Assembly (NCBI GenBank): GCA_964187785.1
Contig: OZ076414.1
Coordinates: 65,472,001-65,536,000 of the forward strand
DNA: 64,000 nt
Direction: 5' to 3'
Source: Amphiscolops sp. MND2022
Lineage: Eukaryota
Shown here: positions 22,690 through 34,703 of the stretch, piece after piece
Layout of the letters: each line of letters opens with the position of its first letter
Position numbering within the stretch: position 1 is the first letter of the stretch
Program-made: the position numbers and the translations under genes
Notes under the pieces: model-generated
Seen by the model: the letters and a program-made list of their open reading frames with translations, nothing else
Database searches by the model: none
What the model was told of the DNA's origin: nothing

Positions 22690-25600
22690 TTGCCACCACA
22701 ATCACCTTGCCCTTGTTGTCTGAGTCGACAACCTCTTCGTAGTTGTGGACATGGCGTTTCTTTGATAGACTGTTTGGCTAAGGCAATGTTCAAACAAACA
22801 TTCGATCGTCTTTCTACTGCATTGACAGGGCTTGTGGCTGTTCTACATCAGCATTTGCTTGCTCACGCAGACGTTCCTGTGACGTATCGGCTGTGGAATT
22901 CCGTCGGGTTCTTTTTCGAAGGATTGGGAGGTTTTTATCTGGGTACGAAACCACTGTAATAACAGACGCAGGGTTCGTTCAAGCTGCACTAGCGAATCGT
23001 CGTGTTAGACATCTTTGTCAAGTTCCTAATGAAAACCGACGAACACTGAAACATCGATTTGGGCGTAGAACTGGGACAAGAGGGCGTTATGTCAGTCTTG
23101 TTAAAAATTTTGAAGTTCCGGTCCAGTGATGAGTGCTTGTGAATCTGAACAAAGGGTTGTGAAGACTTTGAAACAAATTGCTCTTGACGACAAACATCGA
23201 ACCTTGCACAAAGCTTGCGGAATGATTGCGTCCCAGAGCTCAGCTGGTTTGTGAAGTTGCTTCAGTCGAAGTTTTACTGTCTTCCAGTTTATTCCCTCGG
23301 CCTATCGCATTGGTCGTTACAGACTAGATTGTACGGAGTGGTTCGTGTCTTGCATGCGTTCCAACCAATCAGAAAAGATTTGAACTCCGAACGATCGAAC
23401 ACGCTTCCCTGATTGCTATGAATCGCCACTAAAACACTGACGATCGAGAGTAGTTGTGATAAAGCCGAAATGACGCTTGTTGTGTTGGTTTCTGTGATAA
23501 CAAATGCGCACGGAATTGTGCTGAATTCGTCTCCAATTGTTGAAAGTACTTGCTTCCTGTTGGTGTCCGTTTCTTCGGACATATGAAGTCTAGCGACAGG
23601 GGATCTCTCAAGGATCTGATTAGTAAAGTGTAAGATGGTTTAAAGAACCTGGGTTTCAGCTATAAACAGACAGAGCATTTCGAGATGTAGTCTCGGACCT
23701 TTAGCTTCAGATTAGGTATGTCAATTGTTCCTTGGAAAAACTCAAAGATTCTGGCTTATCCGGGATAGCCCAGTTTGTTGTGGTTTTGCTTGAGGATAAG
23801 TTTATCTCTCCTGGGATAAATTTCTTGCTCTTTTCCTTGTCTTTGCCGTCGTAGCCGGTTTCATCGAACTGTGAGCAGAAAGCACTGACTCGGCTCATTG
23901 CATCGGGGACTACGTTCAGTTTACCTATGCAGTACTGTAAAACGGAATCATGTATTGATAGGACCATTCTCCACCGATAACAATTTGCTGTTTGTATTGG
24001 AGGACCCTGGCTTTGAATCAAACAGTAGGAAATCCTTCTTTATCTATCAGTATGAAGAAATGACCACCTAGCAAGTACTGCTGACAATTCAGTACAGACC
24101 ACAAAATGGCAAAAGCTCCTGAGTTTTTAAGATACGAATGCTACTGATTCTCTGTTTTGGGTTAGGAACGCGCCAATTGCGTTGCTTTAGTCATGTCTTG
24201 TGAGTACAAATGGCTTCGCCCTGTCCGTTATCCACAATGCCGCTTTCGATACGGCCTGTTTAACGGCTTCGATGTTAGTTCTAGCCTCTATTTCAAGTGG
24301 TAGCTTTTTGTCTGGTTTCGCCTTCAGCAGTGAAACTGCTACATTTGCAAAATCACCGGCCTACTTGCAGTAGTAGACCTTAACACCAACGGAACAGCCG
24401 GGTTCTTTCAGTGTTGTTGGCACAAGAAATTCTAGTGAGAGTTTCATCCTCTATTTGTGTGGATGAAGTGTTTCATCTGAAACCCGATTGCCGAGGTATT
24501 TCAACTCGCGAGCTTTAAATTTTACATTTTCCACATTGATCGTTAGATAATACATTCGGGCGCGCAATTGAGAGTCTGCTAAACGTTTATTGTGTTGCTC
24601 TCGGACGCCTAACCAAATAATAGGCCGACGATATCTACGCTATTACCTTCAAGTCCATCGACAAAAGTGTTAACTGCTTTCTGAAAGGCTGGAACCCCGT
24701 TTGTTACCCCAAACGGCGGCGGGGTAAATAACCACAATTCTCAATGCGCTTCTTACGCAGTTATAAGTTCTTCCTCCAGTAATCGAAATTCGTGGTAGGC
24801 GGACTTCAAGTCTTTGTATAAGAATTTCCACGAGCTTGTTCAAACAAAAAATGTTCAATGACCGGGATAGGGTAAGCGTCTGGATCAGTGAACCGACTCC
24901 TGTTGTTGAACATTCTAAGCACATTTGCTTTTCAAGGTTATCTGATTTCAAATCTACTACCTGCGCCCGCCCTGGGGGTTGGGACTTCTCTATGACACCG
25001 GGTTCAGCTAGTTTTTTGACCTCATCTCTATTAAATTCTTGTTCTTCACTTCGGAATTGGATGGGGCAACGGACCGCTCTGGCGTTTTCCTGAAAGGTTA
25101 CGATAAGGAAAGGCTCCCGATTGATGCAATTCAGCCCTCCGGCCTCCTGTGATGATAAACTGGACTTGCTAGCAATAACCAAAGGAGGTGCTAAGCTTTG
25201 GTACTCGATAGTTATTGATTCAAACTGTTAGAGTGCGGATTGCCGGATTTCAAAGCTTCGTTCCCACGGAAATAGTTTCCATCCAATCGCGTCCCTCAAT
25301 AGAGAATTGTGCTTCTGAGAGCCAATGATGTTGACCGGCTTGTCTCCTATGGAGCGAAAAATATGGGTTTTGGGGTTGATGCACTATTTCAGGTGTTTGG
25401 CATCAGAGTGTGCTACTACAGTAATGCCAGTGATATAAGAGTTGAGTAGGAAAGTGACAGTGATGCCAGTGATGTCAGAGTTGACTTGGAAATGTCGTGA
25501 CACATCGACTTTAGCAAGAGTGAAGCGTCGTTGGCGTCATTTGCAAACTAAATCGAAATCGTCAGATTCGCAATGTCCCCCCTTTGCTGTGACACGTTTC

Positions 25601-26150
25601 TGCGTCAGACACACTCCTCGGAAAAGACCCTCGCGCTTACATTCGCTACAGTTTTCATCTCTGGCCACTCCATCGGTTTTACCGTGGAGCGCGTGGGACT
25701 TGCCCCAGTAGTATGAACGAGAAGATCTGTGATTTTGGACATTAGGCAGTTTGTTCGAAACCTTTGTAATGTTTTTATTCGTAGCTAAAACACCTGCAAC
25801 TTACTGAAATGACGAAGTTGTTTGTTGGGCCGCTTCTTCTACTTTGGCTGCTGTAATCGCATCGCTTAAGGAAAAAAGCTTCTTTTTCGGTGTCAGCAAA
25901 AGGCATCCCTGATGACTTCGTCCGAGAGAGTAGCCGGGAACTTGCCAAACTTGAAACTTAGTTGTTCAACACATGGTTCGGTTTCTGTTCGAGTGAACAC
26001 CATAAAATGTTGTTCCCCTGTGCAAATTTCTTTTTCACGGAATCGACGGCTCTTTTGTATTTCGTTTACCTTACCTTACCAGGGTTAGGCTTGGTCACTC
26101 GAAGGTATCTCTCGAATTGTCTTAGCCAAGAGAGACAAGGTAAATAAGAG
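22690..26150 (-). mobile_element. Degenerate Ty3/Gypsy gag-pol remnant
   Basis: Order gag-knuckle, PR, RT, RH, INT. RT: EVKKLAEPGVIEKSQPPGRAQVV, DLKSAYH, PFGVTNGVPAFQ. RH: RWRMVLS..GKLNVVPDAMSR. INT: IGDEFSTIPCAF, IHSNQG, RTTPYN..NDQCDR. Many stops and frameshifts. Confidence 0.8.
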
Positions 26151-26749
26151 ACAGGGCAAAGAAAAGTTGATGAGCTAGGACACTACTCTGTTCAACTAAG
26201 CAAATATGGGGAGTTTAACCCCTCCAAAATCACTACCTAAATCTAGTAATGCGAGGCTAAACCTGATCGTTGGGTCGTTCTGCGAGATATCTTTGACTCG
26301 GATTGGCCAAGTTTGCCTTTCCTGCTGACAAGTTTACACAAGTCAGTTGAGTTGTCTTGTATGGTTACAAACATTCCCACTCCAACGCTACAGAAGGGTG
26401 TATTTGTTGTATTTCTTCAGAGAATGACACATGGCGTCTCTTAGAAAGCAAGTGCCTTTCCTTCCAACCCTAATTGCCGTGATACGCTTTTTAAATTGAT
26501 TGAGCTGATAAACTGTGGTAGCTTTGCAAAGCAAACGTAACATGAAACTTCAATTTCACGTATAAATCAATATCAGCTCAATCTGAATAATAAACATTTA
26601 AAAACCATTAATCTTAATGTTAAAAGTGATAATACACGTAGTCAATATAGTTACCAAATGTATTAGGCCGAATGACTGTAAGCCATTATAATTTGAGCCT
26701 TGTGATCATATACCAAACACATGAAATCATCAATTTCGTAGTTATGGTT

Positions 26750-28150
26750 TCATTGATGATTTTTGTCATGAAATGTGAGTCACGCTGGTAAACATGTGGA
26801 TAGCGGTGAAATGTTACATTTTTAGGGTTGCACTCACAATCTGAGCTGTTAGCTACCCAAAGCAAAACCTGTTTTCAACTATTTCCAACGGTTTCATTTC
26901 TTTGACATTCGTATCACTCCAACTTTGGGAAACGTAGAACAGAATGAGGAAATCAAAATATTGAATAGTGTAGTTTGTCTTTAGTAGCAAATGGGAGACT
27001 CGGAGAAGTTCTCTTGATCATAAAGCACACATTCAACGCTTTCCGCTTTCTAAATGAAAATCCCAGTTTGATCACTAGTTAGGAACACATCAAGATATTT
27101 ATTGGCAGTTATTTTTAGCAATTATCTTGCCCTTGAAGTATTACTTATCATTACGACTCGTGAATAACAAATGTGAGCCCTTATTATTCACGGGTAACTC
27201 GTGTCTTTCGCCCCATTTGTCTACCCTTGATAAAATTAGTTGAATCTTGATCTTTGGTAATCCATCCAAAAGATATTAACAGGCATCGTCGACAGGAGCA
27301 AGTGGTGAGCACCTACTGCAGTAGTAAAGCAGATTGATCGCATCAATCATGAAGAAAAGACAGCCTTTTATGGGCCCCTCTAGGACTCGTTTCGTAACAT
27401 TTTGTGAGAATGATAAAGCTCCGTCTATTCTTTTCTGCTGTGCTCTTCCTGTTTGATAATATTCTCAAGTTGCAAAAGTTTCCTGTTACACCCAAAAAAT
27501 TTACTCCATCTAGTAAAGATTTCATGATCCACTTCATCCTCGGATCATGTTTTCTCGTAATCTGTATTATTAACGTCAACGTGCTATATTTGATGGAGAC
27601 CCTCGTACACATCTTCCGGGAACACAATCCGTTGAATAATTGATGAACGTTTCTTGCCGAATCGATATTGATTGTTGCTGATGAAAGGTTCTAGTTGTTG
27701 ATAGAGGGCTGTTGAAATGCATCGTTCAAATATTTTTGAAATTAATATCAGTATCGATACTGCTCAAAAATTCTCAATGTCTACTTTTTACATTGGACTA
27801 ACATGGGACTGTTCCCGATTATTGAAAAAGTTACCGTTTGCATAATCATGAAGGAAACTTGACTAAGTGACTTTGCAATGGTCGTTTCACAGTTGTTATA
27901 GAAGATAGAGTTTATGTCGGCTGGACTATTGCTTTTGATTAAGAACAGTTGTACGATGATTTACACTGAGCTGATTTGTTGAGTCGGTCTTCGTCTGAAA
28001 AATCGTCGAGGGGCATGGGGTTGTATGTGATTTCTGTCGTCGGCCTGCCTGGTAGCGTCTCAGTGGTAGTTCATCTGATTTTCATCGTCGGTCCCTTTGA
28101 AGGCTGCCATGTCTTCGTCGGTTGTTCAAGGCGAGTCGAAGTCGAAATTT
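26750..28150 (-). mobile_element. Degenerate LINE (CR1/L2/Jockey-group) RT remnant
   Basis: KIFERCISTALYQQLEPFISNNQYRFGKKRSSIIQ..F.EDVYEGL, TDYEK, GVTG, and downstream MIKRTSPSL. Heavily frameshifted. Confidence 0.65.
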
Positions 28151-29318
28151 ATTTGTAGTCATCAGGAGTGCGCACTTGTATTTGTTGCGATGAATAATTG
28201 ATGATTACCTAAATGCCATTCTACACTGAATGCAAAATGGCTGCAGCGCTGAACGTTCTGCAAGTATCCGATGAGTTAAGGATGATTAATCGCATGATGA
28301 TGAGCTTTGGATGAAAATGAGTAGGTCATTCTAGTCTAAGTGTCATTGACCTCCACGCCCTAATTTCCATCTACTTTTCATCAGAGGTCATTAATTCAGT
28401 TATATAACACTAGATGATTTCATGTATTGTTCACTAGCACCGTCTGGGTTAAGCGACGGCCACATTGTCTTATTTGTTCATATTTATGACACTCAATGCT
28501 CATGGAAAGGTGATATAGATGAATAACGTAGGATTGCTCACATCCATGATTACTTTTATATGGCTCCATATTGCCCATAGATAAGAATATATGAAAAACT
28601 ACGTACATTACATAGATCTAAATTTTCATCATGTTCGTTTAACAATTGCAGTATCTTGTGAGCCGCTGTTCGTAACAAAAGTGCAAGCAACAAACTATAG
28701 CTTTTCGATTCAGACATCTTTTATGTTGAATGTTTTTTCTGAAGGCGTTCGTCTATGAATTTACTTTGCAAAATGTTTACAAAATGAGAAATTGTTTTTG
28801 GCGGCAAAACGATTTTTTAAAGAACTACAACTATAAAAAGCAAAACCTCATACGAATGGAATCTTAGTTGTGTTTTTTGAGCCTGGGAAGGGAAAAACGT
28901 TGGTTTTTTGTATTTTTCTAATACGAAAGATAAAAAGCTTTCTGAGCTCAAAGAGTCCCCTTTTTGATCGTTTTTCGTGACTGTGAAATTGAGAGTGTAT
29001 CTATTTGAGAATCATTAAATACTTTTAACCTCTTTTTGAGCCTCAAGCGGGGCGACGACTTATGGCGTTACCTGCTTGTTTTAATGAACGATGGTTGAAG
29101 CCTAGTGAGAAGGTTTTGTTTTGTCTTTGGATTGAGAAGTACCCGGCCCTCCATCTCTTTTTTTCGATGTACAGGGGTGTAAATTATCTTATCACTAATA
29201 ATATCTTTGATAAAAAGCGATAACCAATTATCTATCATTGAATTATTAAGATTATCTAGACTATTAAGATTATCTTAAATAATCCATTTACAAATCAATG
29301 ATATCTTAAATAATCCAT

Positions 29319-29433
29319 TTACAAATCAATGATATCACATATCATTTTCATGTCCCAGAATTTGCGATTGGCCTTCAAAAAAGGGTTTCTTCAAATGTTG
29401 TTGGGCACATTGATGATCTCGATGGCGTACATG
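29319..29433 (-). pseudogene. 3' fragment of hAT transposase (dimerisation domain end)
   Basis: Continues the 45340-45889 ORF in frame across the TSD: CTPSRSSMCPTTFEETLF. After a 1-nt slip in a T6 run it reads KANRKFWDMKMICDIIDL*. Confidence 0.85.
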
Positions 29434-30039
29434 AGTAGTAACAGTAGGAGCTGATCAGGTTGGGGGGGGGTGGAAGACCCACATGTTTTAACATAGGCTA
29501 TAGCGAGCCGAGAGCCGAGAAGGGTCTTCCACCCCCTTACAAGCATGGGCTAATTTTTGCTCGATTCTGATTGGCTGACGACTCGTCTTGGGTTTTTCGT
29601 GCTCGATTCTGATTGGCTGACGACTCGAGTCGTGTACTTTTGCACGATTCTGACGACTTGACTCAATGTATTAAGGTATTGAGCCGAGTGATTGTCAATG
29701 TACAAAGATGTGTTCAATGTATAAAGATAGGGAATAGCTTCGGTAATGTTTTAAGGTAGGGAATAGGGTTTTTCGGCACTGTGCGACATTTTCGGCACTG
29801 TGAGACTTTGGGTAAAAATTGATTTTTTGGTGGCCACGACCGCCGGCGGGAATAAGTTTAACCGCCCCCGCAATATTTTATCCGCCTGCGGAATATTTTA
29901 TCCGCCACCGTAATATTTTATCCGCCTGCTGGAATAATTTATCCGCCATAAAGGTTTAGCTCATTACTTGACTACTGTGTGTTTAGGAAAAAATCATGTT
30001 TCAGTTGAAAAAAAAATTTAAATTATAATGTATAAATGT
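29434..30039 (+). repeat. Polinton left TIR
   Basis: Reverse complement of 44733-45339, roughly 15 differences counted by eye. Confidence 0.95.
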
Positions 30040-30082
30040 ACTACAATCACATGTATAAACTGCACTTTACAATAAGCATGAG

Positions 30083-30472
30083 TTACATATAATTACTAAT
30101 AAAAGAGAGTACGTTAACATCGTGAACTCTTGTAAGTTGCTCTTGCTGGAACTTGAAGAGATGAAAAGCTGAATATATGGCATAGAATCCGCACACGCTG
30201 GGATGTGACTGCAACTTTACTGGAACCATCTTTTGATAGTCTTGCTTGAGAAAATTGCATGATCCACCGAGAGAGTCTGCAAAATACAATTGCTGTTTAA
30301 GTTTGGCAATCATTACCCAGTGCTCGCCAGACATGTAACTTGGTTCAGTATTGACAATGGCAAATGTATCGTTTGGAAGCATATGGACACGATCAGAGGG
30401 AAATGAGCCGAGGTACCGATACTTGAGGAGAGGAATACGATCAATATTCTGTCGCAATGCAATGTCATCCAT
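30083..30472 (-). CDS. Adenain-like cysteine maturation protease (PRO)
   Basis: IVNTEPSYMSGEHW, YFADSLG, LQSHPSVCGFY (His/Asp/Cys triad plus Gln). ATG 30472 lies 1 nt after the MCP stop. Intact. Confidence 0.9.
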   Translation of the reverse strand: MDDIALRQNIDRIPLLKYRYLGSFPSDRVHMLPNDTFAIVNTEPSYMSGEHWVMIAKLKQQLYFADSLGGSCNFLKQDYQKMVPVKLQSHPSVCGFYAIYSAFHLFKFQQEQLTRVHDVNVLSFISNYM

Positions 30473-30473
30473 A

Positions 30474-31515
30474 TTAGGTATTTTTACCGACAACACCAAA
30501 CTTGTCGACTGCAACCGACGACATTCGTTCACCCAATATAATGACTTCTGTTACACTTTCGAGCGCTTCGTTAAAGTTGAGTTCCAGTCGCAATGGTTCG
30601 CCAATCAATTCCGGATAGTGGCAATGTTCAGAAGCGTCTTGCATTGATATCAAATCAAACACGAGCACATAGTGATCCTTGAAGTTGTGAATCGGGATTG
30701 ACGGTAAATCGTCATGAAAGTTCATTGCTCTCATTGTTGTGACATAGAGACGGCAATTATCGGACGTGTCATAGTCAACAACAGACTGACCGCCGCGTAG
30801 TATTCTAATGTGCCTCAATCCAAACCGTTGATACCAGTATGGATTTTCAGTAAAGGAACCCGTAAAGGCAGAATATGTATTCATTGGTATGGCGATACGA
30901 CGGATCGGTGCATTGTTGAAAATGTTTTTTTGTATAAATTGATTCGGTCGGGCAGGAATGATAAAAGTCTTGGCAATGTTTCCAAGTAGTTATTTTCTAC
31001 TGGACTGTATGCTAGCATATCCATTCGCTTCTTGTGATAATCGTCTTTGAGTGTAATACGGCGATTATAAAGCGAACAATCCACAATTCCAAGGCTAACG
31101 TTAGGATTATCACTAATCATGTAAAAATTGGGTCGAGCTCTAATGAGTCGAATTCTAACTTTCATGTTTGGATACAATAGCTCTGAAGTGGTGAAAAAAT
31201 CGACACCCAATTTACCATACAGCATAAATCCGTCAGGTCTGGAGAACATTTTCATTCCCCTTGAAAAGAATGGATCCTCCAAGGGGTTATCCATAGCATC
31301 TTCTGGATTTGCTTCAAAGTCATAACCTTCACAATGTAGCACTCCCTTGTACTTAGAGATGGCTCGTTTAAAATTGTTGGAAATGTAAGATTTATGAGCA
31401 TAAAGTCCATTTGAATTGTAAATTTGCTGGTTGTTTATACAAACTTCCACATTAGAGAAAATGGAGTGCATAATGTTGTTCACATGGGTAATTAAGGGAA
31501 CCGTGTTGTCGTCGG
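30474..31515 (-). pseudogene. Double jelly-roll major capsid protein; N-terminus deleted, one frameshift near 30985
   Basis: NNIMHSIFSNVEV, LYAHKSYI, GKLGVDFF..LLYPNMKVRIRLIR, then TFIIPARPNQF...AFTGSFTENPYWYQ, YVLVFDL, LRLELNFNEAL. Confidence 0.88.
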
Positions 31516-31629
31516 TTGCCCTTCCAAATTGACTTGATCTGGCAAAAAGTTTGTAAATGAACTAAGTGTATTGTCAGGAAACAGTTCAGATGACCCATTA
31601 GAGACCAACTCTATTGTAAAGGAATCCAT
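31492..31629 (-). pseudogene. N-terminal 38 codons of minor capsid protein (penton), truncated by deletion
   Basis: MDSFTIELVSNGSSELFPDNTLSSFTNFLPDQVNLEGQ matches the Polinton penton start (F.I.L.SN.S..FP.NT...F...LP....L.G.WEV). ATG is 2 nt after the INT stop. Confidence 0.8.
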
Positions 31630-31631
31630 AA

Positions 31632-32570
31632 CTAAATGACTCTAATCAACTCCTTTTCATAAAACTTGCCTTTGATAACTTCGCCTTGTTCATCTTGTAT
31701 ATTATATGTGGGCGGTTTGCGTGTAGCAAGTGCAACAATTTTAAAAATTTCGTTTGTAAATTGCGGCTTGTATCCTTTTCTGAACGGTAAATCTTGCTTG
31801 GAAATTCGAACGCGGTGTCCAACGTGGAACTTTGGTTTGTTAAAGTCTCTGACTGGTTTACTGTATAGCAAAGACATAAAGTCAGAGTTTTTAACATTGC
31901 TCGGTTTCATATCTATTGATCTATTCCTTCTCGTATTCAGCGTTGTAACAAATTGAGGCAACTTGTGAATATACTTGCATCCATAGTCTTCAATGTAGCG
32001 ATACAAAACATTTTTCAATGAACGAATAGCTCTCTCGGCGAATGCTGCCTTTGTTTCACTCATTGTTGAATAAGTCTGTATTCCTTCTCTGTTGCGAAAC
32101 TTTTTAAATTCACCAGCAAATTCTTTTCCCTTATCAACCCAAATCTTTTGTGGTCTTTTCCGCTTTGTAATCATTTGCGTAAAGGCTCTAAGTGCCTCCT
32201 TAGAGTCCTTTGTTTTCAATCCTCTCACGTCTATTGTTTTGTCAAACACGTCCTGGCGAACTAGCAAGTACTTTATTCCTCTGTTATCCTTTACCAGTTT
32301 ATCAACATATGCCAAGTCCATCCACCAAATTTCATTCTTGTATCTAGCAAACGCTCTCATACGTTTAAACTTGCGTGTTGCAAGTGTAAATTTTGTATAA
32401 GAGTCTTTTGAATGTAAAAAATGTCTAACCTTGGAAACGGGTAGCTTGCTAGCTTTGGCCAGATTTCGCACAGAGCCATATGCTGCAGGACCATGTGTAT
32501 ATAGTCTTTGAAGCTTTTGTCGCTCAGATTTTGAAAGGGATCCAGTTTCCTCTCTCTTTTGCTTTGGCAT
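31632..32570 (-). CDS. Retroviral-type integrase of Polinton
   Basis: WWMDL, IWVDKGKEF and KAAFAERAIRSLK (DDE); C-terminal VRISK..F.KGY.PQFT.EIF.I and GKFYEKEL. Intact, 312 aa. Confidence 0.95.
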   Translation of the reverse strand: MPKQKREETGSLSKSERQKLQRLYTHGPAAYGSVRNLAKASKLPVSKVRHFLHSKDSYTKFTLATRKFKRMRAFARYKNEIWWMDLAYVDKLVKDNRGIKYLLVRQDVFDKTIDVRGLKTKDSKEALRAFTQMITKRKRPQKIWVDKGKEFAGEFKKFRNREGIQTYSTMSETKAAFAERAIRSLKNVLYRYIEDYGCKYIHKLPQFVTTLNTRRNRSIDMKPSNVKNSDFMSLLYSKPVRDFNKPKFHVGHRVRISKQDLPFRKGYKPQFTNEIFKIVALATRKPPTYNIQDEQGEVIKGKFYEKELIRVI

Positions 32571-32970
32571 TCTGATTGAGGACTATACTAGGAGAAATGT
32601 CGGCTGCGTCCAGTAAAATAAAGTAAATGTCAGCGTTTTTTCTACGCAAATGTTGAGCAAAATCTTGCAACAGTAGTCCAGTATCTGTACCGTCTAGCAC
32701 GATAGTGTTAGAGAGAGACAACTTTATACGTGGGGATGCTAAAAGTTTATCAACCAATGAATCTGCCTTGGCAAACAACTTTTTGTTTATATCCTTTTTC
32801 AGCGAATCAACTTGGGACGTAGGAGTTTGTTGAGGTTGATATTGGGGTAGGTCCACTTTTAACGTCGTGGACTTTGTTGTGTTTAGCTTGTTGAGAAGTG
32901 AAGCAGGTACAAGAACAAACTGTTCCATATCAAGACAAGTGATTAATGACAAATTGGGTAATGGTATCAA
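32524..32970 (-). CDS. Polinton conserved hypothetical protein
   Basis: Open ORF (probable start MEQFVLVP) tightly packed between INT and the 100-aa ORF. Confidence 0.6.
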   Translation of the reverse strand: MIPLPNLSLITCLDMEQFVLVPASLLNKLNTTKSTTLKVDLPQYQPQQTPTSQVDSLKKDINKKLFAKADSLVDKLLASPRIKLSLSNTIVLDGTDTGLLLQDFAQHLRRKNADIYFILLDAADISPSIVLNQNAKAKERGNWIPFKI

Positions 32971-33232
32971 CCAGTTGTAAACCTCTCTCTGACGTCAAGA
33001 GATCTCGTCTCTGCTTCCAATTAGTTCGCTTTAAAGAGAGTAAGTGCAACTCTCGTTTATATTTGATAACGTGATGTCTTTTTACGTTTTGCAAGTTTCC
33101 TTTGAGTATGTTTACTATGCACTCGCTTAGGAACCGAATAAATTCTTTTGGACACGATTGGAGAAATTGAATTTTGCACTTGCGGGAAAATGATTGGAAC
33201 GCGTGGAGAATAGAGAGATTTTGTGTGCTCAT
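32930..33232 (-). CDS. Small basic Polinton core protein
   Basis: EFIRFLSECIVNILKGNL...KYKRELHLL..K..WKQRR.LL resembles the small protein usually found next to the Polinton ATPase. Confidence 0.7.
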   Translation of the reverse strand: MSTQNLSILHAFQSFSRKCKIQFLQSCPKEFIRFLSECIVNILKGNLQNVKRHHVIKYKRELHLLSLKRTNWKQRRDLLTSERGLQLVDTITQFVINHLS

Positions 33233-33886
33233 CGTCCAAAATTGTCAAATGCTTCAAACTCTCTGGCACGTAAAATTTTGATGGAGTCTTTCCACTGTTT
33301 GTGCAGTAACGTAATCTATCGTCTGTTCGCGGCGAAAAATCAATGAGCAAATGACCAAAAGGAACAGACGTTGCATCTCTGTACCAATCCACTAGAGAGG
33401 AACCTAGACCTAGTTGTATACTAAGCGTATTTATTTGCATAACATCCCGAGGCGACTTGAACAATGCAATGTGTGTAGTTGGTAGCTCAATATCGCGTCC
33501 GAGCGTGCTCTTGTGAAACAAGTTGTGTTTAATGTATATAGTGCTAAGTCCACGGTGTCTTCCAGCAGTGGCAATTTTGACAAATTCTTTGGAACTGCAC
33601 ACTTCCTCACAAGAATCGTCAAAAATGAGGAGATACTTTGTTCCGTTGTTTTTCATGAATCAATCAACTCAAAATTCAATCCCTTGACAAACTCGATACA
33701 ATCAATTTCTTTTTGCATCTTGTCGTATAGTGATTGATAATATTGGTAAAAGAAATAAATCTTGTCAAACTTGGGTTGAAATGTTCCATTAGTTAACCAC
33801 TCGTAAATCAACTGAGTTTTACCAGATTCGCTCGGTCCAACCATGCACATAAAGACGCGGTTTTTAGTGGATATCAACTTGCTCAT
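33057..33886 (-). pseudogene. A32/FtsK-like genome packaging ATPase, frameshift at ~33655
   Basis: Walker A GPSESGKT, Walker B LLIFDD, and GRHRGLS..YIKHNLF, LFKSPRD, GHLLID. Confidence 0.92.
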
Positions 33887-34137
33887 AGTCTCGGCGTTGG
33901 AACAATGACTCCTGCAGCGCTACATAAAATTCCGACCCACACTGTAGATTCTTCACAACTTGTTGCCAAATGAATTCTCCAAAAGCTCCCCAAAATTATC
34001 AACAAAATGATAAAAAATTGGGACAAGAACACAATTAATGATCTAGAGCAAGTTTGTCCCACGCACGTCCACGATTTTTGTTCACTGTTATTTCCGTCGA
34101 AACCAATTTTTCCCAAGTTCAAGTTGGTCTCAGTCAT
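33883..34137 (-). CDS. Small two-TM membrane protein
   Basis: Hydrophobic SLIVFLSQFFIILLIILGSF and VWVGILCSAAGVIVP. Overlaps the ATPase start by 4 nt. Confidence 0.7.
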   Translation of the reverse strand: MTETNLNLGKIGFDGNNSEQKSWTCVGQTCSRSLIVFLSQFFIILLIILGSFWRIHLATSCEESTVWVGILCSAAGVIVPTPRL

Positions 34138-34277
34138 CTAGCTTGCTAGCGTGAGTGTATATTTAAGAATGAATCTCCTGTGGAAAAAATTTTGGTTGAA
34201 CAAAAAATTTAAATTAGTATGAATGAGTAATACAAAGACGTACAATAAATTTACAAATTAAAATGTTGCACAGTCCA

Positions 34278-34703
34278 TTATCCAAACGTTTTTGCTTTCC
34301 GCTCAGCACAGTGTAGAATTGTCTTGTGTCTGCAGGGATAGCTAGTGCACAGCCAGTCAGTGTTTAAATGTTGAATCTTGGGGCAACCATAGTCATCCAA
34401 GTTTTCCACTTCCTTACCCAGTAATGTGCTCAAGAATTTACACTTTTCCAATCCTTTTGCAAAGTACTCGGCTCTCTATTGTCGCAATTCAGCCAACACG
34501 GTGTTGATACGGCTATAGTCCAGTGAGCCACTTTTCCAATCAATTTTGTGCAAGTTTTGGGTACACCAGAGTGTTTGATGTGTTGATTGATAATTTTTGG
34601 GCGGTTTAAAGGAATATCCAAACACTTGTCCGTCAATATAAACACCCAATTCCTTGACTACATTCTTTTCCGCAAGTTCAATATCCAACACTATAAGCGA
34701 CAT
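34278..34703 (-). pseudogene. DEDD-type (DnaQ-like) 3'-5' exonuclease, in-frame TAG at 34476-34478
   Basis: MSLIVLDIE...VKELGVY..YSFKPP..WCTQNLHKIDWKSG; after the stop, YFAKGLEK..ENLDDYGCP..HCAERKA. Confidence 0.65.

Noticed and set aside
22530-26640. Diverged ~150-bp direct repeats (22530-22690, 26480-26640) as the LTR pair of the Gypsy remnant
   Set aside because: The geometry fits, but I could not find matching TG..CA ends, PBS, PPT or TSD. They could be two copies of another repeat.
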